A stretch of 64,000 nt of DNA from Trichoplax adhaerens (taxonomy: Eukaryota > Animalia > Placozoa), in contig NW_002060955.1 in NCBI RefSeq assembly GCF_000150275.1, forward strand, positions 660,886 to 724,885, written 5' to 3'. The stretch's first letter is position 1; each line of letters starts with the position of its first letter. The position numbers and the translations under genes were made by a program. This document shows positions 39,459 through 51,510 of the stretch, in pieces. The notes under the pieces were generated by a model. That model did no database searches, was not told where the DNA came from, and worked only from the letters and a program-made list of their open reading frames with translations.

Positions 39459-42400
39459 TTATTTCCTCCCCCAAAAATTCTCCTTTCTTTGTTTAGATCT
39501 TTCTAGTACATCAGAAGCATAAGAACTAGCCATAGAGGAAACTGACTCTCGATCATCCAATAAACGGTTTTTTAATTTAGAAATTCGGTCTGAAATTTCT
39601 GCTATATTGCCGTCATGGGGATTATTATCGCCAGTATTTCGATGAGAATTCGAATAATATCCTCTGTCTGTACTGTTTTCATTACCAGCAACATTACCAT
39701 TTTCATTGCGCTTAACGATTGTAGTTGCATTCTGGCCAAATTTTCGTCTCAGATTGGATGATTTTGGCGGCCTTATATTTGAATCCGAAGTTAAATTGCG
39801 ATTTTCTTTCGTCGCTTCGTTCTTGTGGTTAGCAAATCCGACGGTTGTTTTAGCTTTACTGTAGGTATCCACATTTTTTAAATTTCCTTTATATTCCTTA
39901 TTTAATCCATCTACATAAAATTGAATTATTATCAATTAAATAATTTAGATATCAAACGAGTTGTGTTGATGTTATAGTGAGTTGAAATGATTAAATTAGT
40001 TAATATGATGTATGAAGCTTATACGTAGATTCTTAATTTAAATAAAACATTGCATATGTGATAATATTTACAGTTGCCACTATGCAGCGTATTACCGGAG
40101 TTTGATTTTGTAGTTACGAAACCATTCGTTTGCTCATGGTCATGACTCTTACTCTTCGGTTCATATGCTTTGTTATCAATGGGATTTCTTCTTTCGACAA
40201 TAGTATTACTTCCTAATTTCTCAAATTGGTCATTCCCATTCCCTTGTCCAGCTTCAATATTTCCATTACCAGGCCTTTCACTCAAAGTTTCTTCATCGTC
40301 GTAATCCTCATCAGCTTTGTTACTTTCTTCAGTTTCGTTTTCGTTCGCTTCGACGGTCCAGGCTTCCTTTGGCTGGGAAGGAGGCAATTGCTGTACTTGT
40401 GACACCTTCTACGAATAATATTAATCTTTATCAAATTACAGCATCAAAAGATGGAAATAAGGTAGATGTGAAATAACAATAGTACCTTTGAAGTTGTTGA
40501 GTAACTACCACGTTCATTTGTAGTGCGATTTTCTCTCCCTGATCTAGAAGTATCTGATGCAGGTTCCCAAAGATCTTCTTGTGCCATTTCCATTACCAAT
40601 AGATTCTTTCTTGTAAAGAATGTTCCCTGCTGCGATCTTTCACGAAACAGTTGAACCTTTTCACGCAGTTCCAAAATCTAATTATGACATAAACAATAAA
40701 TACATCGTCAAAATTAACTAAGAATACGATCCATGATTATTCGCAGTCGTAAATACTTATAAGTTGCCAAGCTATCTCAAATACCTGTTTATACCACGAT
40801 GGTGTACCATCAGGAGAAATCACAGGAGAATTATCATCATCCTGGATATATAAATCATAGAAATACGTAAGCAAATAGCTACAGTAAAATTAATATTTTA
40901 ACATTTCTGTAAAAGAAATCAACTTAGACCAAGCTTCAAGAGGAAGTCTAAATTAAACATGCCTTAATTTTGGTTATATTCTTATCAGTGATTCGCTCTT
41001 TCGGAACGTAGGAACCTCCTCTGTATGCCATTAGGAAGGGTGCCTTAAAGTGTTCTTGATATTCCGTTGTAAATTTCCTAAATAGAAAATTAGATCATTT
41101 TAAGAATCGCTAAGGTAGTCACTAGTAAATCCTTTAATCTTAATGCTATACTTTCGTCTTCGATGAGGGAAGAAAGGTCGATCTGGATTTTCAGATTGCT
41201 CTAAACGTTCCATATAATCAGATATTTTGTCTTTATAACCAGATGCTTTAATATCTATTTTATTTTAAAAGAATAAATAAATTAATCTGGCAGATAGTAT
41301 AAAAGAGATTGAATTGAAAAGATTACCTTCAGATTTCTCTTTCTATTGCAATTGTGGTAAAAAAATAGTAATTGGTTTGAGTAATCAAGAAAATGGAATT
41401 AATTTATAAATAATAATACGTAGAATCATTAAGTCTTAAGTGATTAGATTGCATAGACAAAATAATCATATAAATACGATTATACCTTATTATAATAGTC
41501 TCCATCTAGAATACTTTTCGTAGTATCTAAGCTGCTTTCCGATCGTTCATCGATAGAGCGGCTAGGACGTGCCAACCTTGATGATTGATCTTGCGCGGCT
41601 GGTTTAGTAGACTGCTGCATGGATTGCCTCCAATCCTGATACTGTCTTTGATATTCAGATTTTACGTTAGGCCTTGGGCCCATATCAACCTTAACAGGCG
41701 CTAGAAAAAGCAGAGAATATCGTAGATTGTTAAAACATGTATCATTGGTTATTACCCTTTGTAAAATATTGCATAAAGCACTAGTGGTCTAACCAATATC
41801 AGTACTCGATTTGAAGATGGTATTATCTGCGGCAATAATTGGTGATGCTCTTTCCGGTAATTTTTTCCAATCGTATTGTCTCTGATACTCAGATTTGCCA
41901 TAAGCTAATCTAGGAGGATTAGTAGGGCGTAAACCAGCTTTGTACTGTAATGCTTTGCTACCAATCTTATCCTGCAAAAAATCGAAAATGTCAGTTCAGT
42001 ATTAAATCCTTACATTAGTATGTTATGATGTTACCTTATCATTAGAATAGGCTAATAGTATAATAGTAGCTAATAGTTATACTTGTAATGCCTTAACGCG
42101 AGTATTATTTGTGAAACGCTGTTACGTATTTGATATTGATTGTTATTGTGTGTAGGTAGCAAGAAGATAATTCAAGTTGTAGCTCATGATAGTTGGATAA
42201 GATAGTAATTATGCTGAGATTAAGTTGAAATATGTATTTACTAATGGAATAACTATGTTAGGAATATTTCAGTTCGAGATATCTTCCATAGTAAGGTATA
42301 ATAATATAATTACAATGTAGTTGTTTACAAATTAGACAGTTCTTTATATAAAGTGAATCATTCGAGTAAGAAAGTACTGTATTGTGAATAACTGTGCCAA

Positions 42401-43917
42401 TACAAGTTCTACCTTTACGATACGATACTGCATGTGCGTTTGATGTTTTAAAGCGTTTAAGCTAGTAGGTTAATTATTGACTTTTACTTTATGTTCCCTT
42501 ATCGCAGAGTTAATTTATAATATATTACTATTTATTTCAAATTTTTTAGGCTATACTGGATTAAAACATCAAGTGTAAGAAGAATCTAATGTAACAACAG
42601 AATATTATGTCCTTACGCCAATGTCTACGACAGAAATGAAAAGTTTACATTTCATCTAAGATTAGGTCAGAAATTATTAATAATAACTTGTTGATATGAT
42701 GCTATCCAAAATAATAATGACGTAAATATAATACGAGCAGCTTACTTCATCTTTGATGGCTGCTTTTTGTCTCACTTCTTGAACAAGACTTTGTGGAGTA
42801 TCATCTGGAGCAGTGTAGGGTCTGGCTTGATTGATCTTATTATTTGCTTCTTGATACTTTAATGATTCACCAGCAGAATCGGGATGCTTTAAAGTAAAAT
42901 GAAGCAATTCATCAAAGTATATCAGGGTTAACTAGTTCTATATGAACTGACAACACTAGCAATCGTATTTATGTTTACATCAACAACATCCGTCAGACTG
43001 ATAGCAACAGCTAAAGTGTACTATCAACAGATAAATATCTCAGTATTTAACTGGCTACTATGAGATAAGATTGTAGTAATGAATCTTTACTACGACTACG
43101 ATAATACAACTTGCGCCTAAACGAAATGCTGTAGGCGTATATTATCAAGACGTTGGTTTCAAAGCATAAAATGGGAAACAATTTTCAATCTTGTTTATTT
43201 GTACTTTCTATACTATATTTCTTAGAATCATATGCCATCGTCGCTACCTGAATAGTAACTCTTTTTTTCCTCTGCAATGGTGGCTCTCTAGCGGTTGATG
43301 ATTCCTCCGATGGGATTCCTGCCGTGCTTGACTTCTCGACGGTTGGTCTATCTTGAAAGTTTGCAGCTTGATTCTGTGATGGAAAAACTGCACTTTACTT
43401 TGGCCTTCCTTCCACAGTTTACCGATGCTGTAAACTATTCCAATGATTAACACTACAGTAACACTACTACAGTAGTAGTCGATAGTTTTTATCCACTATG
43501 AAAGTACTGGCTTTAACTTGTACAAAAAAGCAAAGGATGGAAATTGGCATAAAGCTTATGCTACTGTATAGTAGAAATAATTGGAATGTTACCCTAGTTT
43601 GTCCTTGAGACTTACTGTAACTTTATTACAGTATAATAGTCGGATTTTTGCAATAGAGAAAGAATTTTTTATGTATAGCAGTATTGTAAGACTGATAACA
43701 AATAGAGTATTTCTAAAGGGCAATATGTATGCAAACGGAAGAGTAAACTCAATAAGCAATTAGTGCAAGTCTTTATTGTAACGATGCATATCTACGATCA
43801 CTTAGGCTAAAGGAATGTAATCCTGGAAGATATCCTACTCAGCTTGCATCCTTTTAACAGTGTTCTATTCCTGTATGGATTTAATTCGAAATGGCCTACC
43901 TCAAATCTAACAGGCAT
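39459..43917 (-). CDS. MDM1: MDM1 (centriolar microtubule-binding protein), multi-exon
   Basis: Exon 1 43900-43917 encodes MPVRFE (human MDM1 starts MPVRFK); EPPLQRKKRV; repeats KSEYQRQYDW, KSEYQRQYQDW, TTEYQEHFKAP; WYKQILELREKVQLFRERSQQGTFFTR; C-terminus VSSMASSYASDVLERSKQRKENFWGRK (human ...KRKENFWGKT). Confidence 0.92.
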
Positions 43918-44754
43918 GTTGAGTTACACCAAATTCAGTACTACTATTAGTATTGCTGTTATCTTTGGCTTAAAAGTTGGATGTCAATGGATTTATTGAA
44001 ACCAATTGTGACGAGATTCTGCAGACCAGGATAATATTTTTCTTCTTATTTTGCACGGTGGGTAACTTTCTATCTACCCTGGCTTTCTACAATGCTCAGT
44101 AGGACCTATACATCCATACAATTAATCATTGTCGCTATTAATTCATTGCTAAAATGAACAAGTTGTTGTAACGTTGCGCAACTATTGTCACATTGACATG
44201 AATGGAAAATTGTAATCATAATTCATTTCTAGCTTTGGCATAAGGTCATTTTCATGATACTCTAACGTGGATCTCTGAATGTATCGTAGTTTCAATTTTT
44301 CAAAAAGTCTTGTAATTTATTCAACATGCTGTCCTAATACTGTAGAAGGTAAGATTGACTAAATATGGCCTATTTAAACTCTCTATATAATAAGCAAGTA
44401 CTGGTCTATCAAGTCTATTTAAGATTGAGCTAAGATGAACGAATAGAACTAAACGTTGATTTCATCCTACTTAGCCTGTATTTCTACCAATACGAATGTA
44501 CCATATCATGCTGATTATTGCAACGAGTAATGTAGAATAGCATACCATTGATAAAATAGGGGCTGTATCAGATGTCTTTGATGGAGAAGCAGTGTAATCT
44601 TCTATCGGACGACAACTAGATGGAGTTCCTGACAGGTTAATAATAATTTTTGGGGCAATTCATCAATTTTTCTATTTGTACTGAAGTATTTACAGTTAAT
44701 AATTCAATTTAAATTGAATTTAGGCAGTGTTTTGAAATTTGCAGTCGTGATGGT

Positions 44755-45070
44755 AGCACAGAGTGCAGTGTACTGTACTGTGCAGTCTGTACTGTAGTCG
44801 ATGCACTCTGTACTGTAGTACACAGTACAGTACATATACTGTGTAACACAATACTATATACTGTACTGTAAAGTACGGTACTGGACCGGACTGCTACAGT
44901 GCACAGTGTACAGTGAACAATGCACAGTGTAGCCACTGTACTGTAAGTACCCACATTTAAACTCCCCAACCTGCAAAGCATCCGTTAAAAATCGGTTTGA
45001 CATTGCGCGGGAATTGGTCTAACTGACTGAGAGGTACAGTACAGTGAGTCCAGCCAGGGTCAGTCTGTAG
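44755..45070. repeat. Third TACAGT/ACTGTA island, upstream of MDM1
   Basis: gtgtactgtactgtgcagtctgtactgtag...tacacagtacagtacatatactgtg...ctacagtgcacagtgtacagtg...actgtactgtaagtac; same vocabulary as 34160-34625. Confidence 0.85.
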
Positions 45071-45157
45071 CTCAATCATTTGTAGCTTCCATAAGGCCTT
45101 CAAAGTACCTTTAAAATGGTGCTCGGTAACTTGCTCTCTCATGCTCATGGGCCTGCT

Positions 45158-45171
45158 GCTGCTATGGATAC
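45158..45171. promoter_or_regulatory. Candidate RFX X-box
   Basis: GCTGCTATGGATAC (reverse GTATCCATAGCAGC), one mismatch from GTHNYYATRRNAAC, beside the island upstream of MDM1; 1.2 kb from the ATG. Confidence 0.35.
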
Positions 45172-48100
45172 TTTTATTTAATTTATACCTTTACTGTAGG
45201 GACAAGTGCTTTGTTTTCTCTATCATTGAAAGCACGGCTAAATTGACTTTTGATAATCAATATTTTTTTATAAATAGGAAAAAAGTTGATTGACATAATT
45301 AGATTACTTGGTCCACGATACTCAGTCGGACTGACTACTGCCATGTCTTGCATTGGAGCACAAACTTTACCCATTCAAAATTCCAACAGATGATCCACTC
45401 ATGGAAGGGTGTAATAGATAGTACACAGTAAATAATCCTGCTGAAACGGCTGGTATACAGTATACCTTCAATCCACCTGACCAAACAGATTTGCTCCATT
45501 GGAACGAAACTAGTACAATCACCCGTCGCCTTGTTGACAGATTACTATAGTATACGGAATAGGGAAGTTATTTCTCGAATGGTGGCATGGTCGATGAATT
45601 CTATTATTTTCACCAATTAACCTACATTTTCCAGAAAGGACAAAGCCTATATTGTATAATACACTATTATACTCGCGACGACGATATCATCAATGGATAG
45701 CTTTCTAAAACTAATAAAAGCTAATTGGCAATAGTAAACGTTTTAGAGGAAAAGCAACGTTTCGTATGACATATCAGGATATGTTACATTATGACCAACG
45801 AAGCAATTGTTGCTATTGATAGTGAATGAATTATATTATACTGTACAGTCTAGAACATGATTAGTCAATAATGAATGAATACTTTGAAATAACCTACTGT
45901 TGATTAGGTTATATACAGCATGCTATGCTAGACGTATCATTTTATTGGGCGTGTAGTTAATACTGCGACAGTCGAAAATGTGATATAAAATGGAAACTAT
46001 TGAGTTAATTTACATCAGATTAAATTCTTAACAATTTTACACAATACTAAACGTATCACGTTACCATCCGATAGCATGTCAGTGCCAGAATAAGATTCTG
46101 AATATCTACAATTTAGGGTAGTTCGTCTATTTTGAAATGCTCCTGGTAAGCATTCTTCCGTGATTTTCGCTTGACTTTATAAGATACCTAGCGTGATAGG
46201 CACAATCATTATTAACGTCATGTTACCAAAAGAAAAAGTAAACGAATTCATCAGATATTGACGGAGTTCAAAAGAGAAACTGAGTTCTCGTATATTGCTC
46301 GAATAGAGATTGAAAGTAACTGTATAAGGAGAAGTAACCTAGTTATTACAGCCACACTGGAGATATTCACCAATCTTTACCACAACGGAGGGTTGTAACA
46401 AATGCACGTGTAAAAAAAAGTGAGAAATGATCATTCCTTGCGCTACAAAGGTGCCGTAGGCTAGGCTCTACGATGTACATTACTCTAGCCGGTAGCGTAT
46501 CCGTTAATCATTATGCAGAGAACCAATCCCAGGATTGGCCAATTTCGTGCTTTGCCGCTATGATAAAGTGTCTTTTCAAAATAAAACAACAATTACAGTT
46601 TCTTGTAAACTTTATTACATGCATTCGGTTCGTCTCACTAAACATAATCATATCTTGCCAATAAAGTCACAAGATTAAGGTTTTCAATCTTAGACATATT
46701 TGGCCTGTATGACAGTCTTACATCGATTTGAAATCAAAAATATGTGTATGTATATGTACCTTGCTAAAACAGCTTTTATGATTGATTGTACTGTATATGC
46801 CACTTTCGTAGAATGAACTATACAGTACAGTAGAAGCTGTTTCAGCCACGCACAGTATTCATAACTGTTAACGGATATTGAATTGGCCAATTGTACATTA
46901 TTTGGCAGTTTGATATACGCCACATCCGACATTGAATCAACGCAATATCATACCTCTGTTAACACAGAGACTCGGCAGTTGAATACAATTTTACAAGTAA
47001 GGTGTAGAAGGACCGTATTTTCTCATTATTCCAACCGATCTTAAAACAATCAGTTACCTATCCGCCATTGTAAAGCCTCGCTCTATTGAACAGCTCGTGT
47101 CTGAATTTTTTTATTGCCAATCCTTCTCGAAATATTGAATACGAGTCAATCTCGTTTTCATCGATCATTTAGTGAAACTTACCGTACTTGACAACATTGC
47201 CAGGCCCTTTCGTTATTACTAAGTAGGTGATTACAATAAGATTATGGAAAACAATTTTTAATTGCCTTTATTGCATAGCGGATTGCAGGATGTAGGTTAA
47301 GAAATTGAAGACTTTAATTTAATTGATTGATTTCCTCTTCCGCCACCAATAAAAAATAATATTCATTGTCAGAAAGTCTATTCAGGAGCTACTAAATACA
47401 ATTTTACGGTAGTACATGAGTACAGCACCGGAATATATCCATTAATAAAAAATGCGAATTCAATACACACTAACCGCCTACTTGGTATTTTTGTTTTGTA
47501 ATTGCTTTTCGTGTATAACAAAAGTGTGAAGTGCTTAATTATATAGTATTTATTTACTTCGACGCTTACAGCGTCTGAATTAACTTCCTCTATTTTACGT
47601 GTGGGATAACAATGTACAGTATTTGTGATGCGAATGAGTATTGTCTAGATTTAGCAAACCAGACAGTCCAGATAATGTGTCGAATCAGAAGACGCATCAA
47701 GAATATCAAATAAATCGTTTCCATTTATTTGAATTGACAAACGTCTTTTACCACGCATTAAATGTCTGATAATTTCATATGAAACCCCTGTAAAGTAATT
47801 GGCTAAGATATATTCCGTAAAAACAAACAACCAATTAGTTGAATGAAATTTTTATACATATGTAATCGTAGTGTCGCATTGGCTTAAAATGAAAAGTAAC
47901 GAATCGCAAGAAAACTGACCACTAGGACAAGTGTTAGACTACGGCGATAAAGCCGCTGAAGAAGTACTGTCTCTCTTGGATGTTATAACCATTCTAACTC
48001 CTTCATCGCTGTTTATCAAATATGTATATTACGCAACGAATACGCTAAAATATTATTCCGTTCATCCCTTTGATTAGCCCATTTGTCACGGGTATAAGTT

Positions 48101-51100
48101 AAATAACTTTAGTGGAGATAGAAAGAGGCAGCTAAAGTTAATTTATAACATCTTTCTGGATCATAGTTCTCTATGAATCTGCAAAATACTTTGTTGTAAT
48201 AGCCTACTAACCTCTATGTAGTGGTAGCATACGTTAACGGTAGATGCGAAAAACGTAAAGCTAGTCTAATAGTCTTTATTTCACATTTTATAATAGTCTC
48301 CTAGAAGTTATAACAAATTTTGTAATAGTTACAACATTTGAACGAAACGCAGCAGTATCCACGAGTAACCCAACACGATACGAAATTTGTTTCGTGATAT
48401 CTTTGCTTATGTTTTGCACGTTAATATAATAGTTACTGTTAAGGTATTTAAAACAGCTATTGTATCGAAATATGGACACAGTACATTTATTCTAGACTTG
48501 AAGGAACATATCTTTAATATGCCTTTTGCGATATTGTTTTACGATATTGTTGAATTTTCCTTATATTAGTAAAAACACAATTGCCCTGTGTGTAAGAAAT
48601 AAAAACAAGAAAGATTACTTTAATTCTGAATTGGTAGCAGTTACATTAAAAGTTACATTGTCTTACCTTTGATGCTGCAGAATTTATGCAGTTTATACTA
48701 CTTACATTACAAATCTATGATATGTCAAACTTGTTAGAGTTTGCATGAGGTCATATTAATATTATTTGCAAATTATATACGACATGACATACAGCACTAT
48801 ATGTTCTTTTAGTGGAAACTGCATTTGTTTCGTACTTTCATTATCAATGATGTGCAGGGGTCACGCATGATTAACATAGTGTAATAGCGATTATTAATGT
48901 CACTTTGGCTGTAAAATATGACGACTATGTCTTGTCAGGATAACTTAATTCTTTAATTACAATTTGAAACTGAAAAACGTGACCATAGACAGTTATTATG
49001 CAATGTCAAGCAAATATTTTTTCAATTAGTTTCTTAACCATTTAATCTTCTAATATTTTGACGACTTTATATAACTATAGACAACTTTATCATGCAGTAT
49101 AGGCTTAGGCGTGTTGTTCAATTTGTTCTATATACTAAGGAAACGAAATTAAACCTTTACTACAGCTTCGATAGTAAATAATTACAAATTTAAGTTAACT
49201 CTTATTAAAAATATACCGCTAAAATGAAAGCACTTTTATGATTTCAATACATAAAAACTTTGACAGCATATCAAGTAATTAAAGTCATTTATTTTATTAT
49301 TATTGCTTTAGTTATCGTTGTTTCACTGCTTACATGTTGCAGTTCTTATTTTAGAATGCCGATAAATTAGAAGCTTGCAACCATTGTACTTGCTGACGCC
49401 AAATTCATAATTTATATGCTGTGAAAACATCAGTGTACTATTATAATCAATATTGAACATTTATGAGCAGAAATCTGCGACGATCACATTCGTGGTGATT
49501 GGTAATCCATGAATTAAATCTTTTTTTCTAAAATAATCCAAGCAAAGCGAAAAGCATGAATATGATGCCTGCTTTATTGACGTCAAGAAAATGATAGCTA
49601 CTACTAGCGGAAAACTTCAAATGAAAAAAAATTTCAATTAAACTGCATCTATGTTGCTGTCACAAAACAGCTTTGCAACAAGATAACGTAATCTACGATC
49701 AATAAGTCAATTCCTTGAACTACGTATCAAGGAACGATATCTGCACTATCACGAGCACTTTTGCTCTACTAGCAGACTACACAAAGACTTAAACGCCTCG
49801 TATTTTACGTTAAACACTAAGTTGGAAATTCTTCTTTATTTCACGATATACTGCATTTATATACTATTCCTCAATAGTTCATGAGTCATAGTTAATACAA
49901 TTAACATTAGAATCATTTACTGAATTAGATATTAATTTTAGCTACTGCTCTCTTAATGCAGACAACAGTATTTACGAACATAGACATGTAATAACTAATA
50001 CAGAATAGTCAGATTACGATATGTCCTATCACGGAACATTTCCATGATAATTTACAGTCTATCATAAGTAAATTACAATCACAATGATTCGAACTGTAAG
50101 CAGATGATTTGCATTCCCTATTATAACTATTATAATTTCAGTATGTGTATAAGTGTCACTGTCATAAAAAGTCAGTGCTATATTAAAATACAGTATATCC
50201 AAATTAGAAGTTAACTAAATAAGGATAGTCTAGCAGAATTATCCTAACATAGTTATTTCTACTGTAATACAGTATTTAACACTGTAACAGTTGCGTTATA
50301 CTCTGAAAGAAAGTATCGGTACTTCTATTTACAATACGAATTCCCAAGTAATATTTTTGTTTAAAATCAAACATAATATAGTAAATATTGTATAGATAAC
50401 TGATGGAATGCTAAACTATTGAAACTATCCTCTATGTCTAAAATGATAGCAGTGTTAAGAGATAATCGTCCGTGTTGAATAAGCCAAGTTAATTGGCCTT
50501 ACTTGATCGCAGACACTGTAATTATATTGAGATGCTAAACAATTTAAAATGAATTACGGTACAATTGCAAAGAGAACAAAAATTATCATATAATGCAGCA
50601 AATCAGAATAGAATTTATTTAATTTATTTAACGATTACTGTACTAAGCTATTTTATAGGGAGTCCAGTTATCTCTTTAAACCTTAAAACGAAAATATATT
50701 GTCCAGATATTCAATACTTAATTGCTTACTGTAATCGACAATATAAAATAGCATGAAAGCGGAATAAATACTAATCACTGACCATTGTAAACGGATGAGT
50801 TAGATGATATAATGTGAATATCGCAAGATCTAGCTACTGTTATCTTTACTACATTATCGAAACTAATAGTTTAAAATCTTTTTAATTTTATCATCTGCTC
50901 CGCATGCTGATAGTAATACATGTTTCATTTGATTTTATAGAACTATAGATAATTAATTTCTAATGTTGCAGAAACAAAGTAAATGACCTCACTGATTCAT
51001 AAATCAATGTTGTAATAAAATTTCGTACCTATATGCAAATTGAGTAAGACTTATTTTCTGGAGAATGCTAGGATACCTGATATGTAATGGTCTATGATGA

Positions 51101-51510
51101 TAAACTTAGGATTAAAAGCAATTATATCAGCTCATGCGGATCAATGGATATTTTATTATTTTTTTCTACTTTTGATGAAGTTACATTATATATTTAGAAT
51201 TGGATAACAGCTTTTTTTAAAAGTCTTTAGAATAATATATTATACTACATTAGTAGTTCAGTAGGTAATAGCAGAATTTTATTTGTATACTTAGGTATCG
51301 ATTAAAAGCTTAATTTAATTCATTTCATAAATGATCACACTTCATATTGATGTTAACACCAATAATATGGCATCTTTATGGATATTAAGTACTAGCTTAA
51401 TCAGACTTAACGTATCGGATATTTCAAATGAGATAAAATAGCAGAACATTTTCATATATGCTACTGTAATTTAAAGAGAAATGAATAAATACCTACAGAA
51501 ACTTCTGTTA

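Noticed and set aside
44173-44182. GTTGCGCAAC palindrome as X-box or C/EBP site
   Set aside because: Lacks the X-box spacer; a single short site has no independent support.
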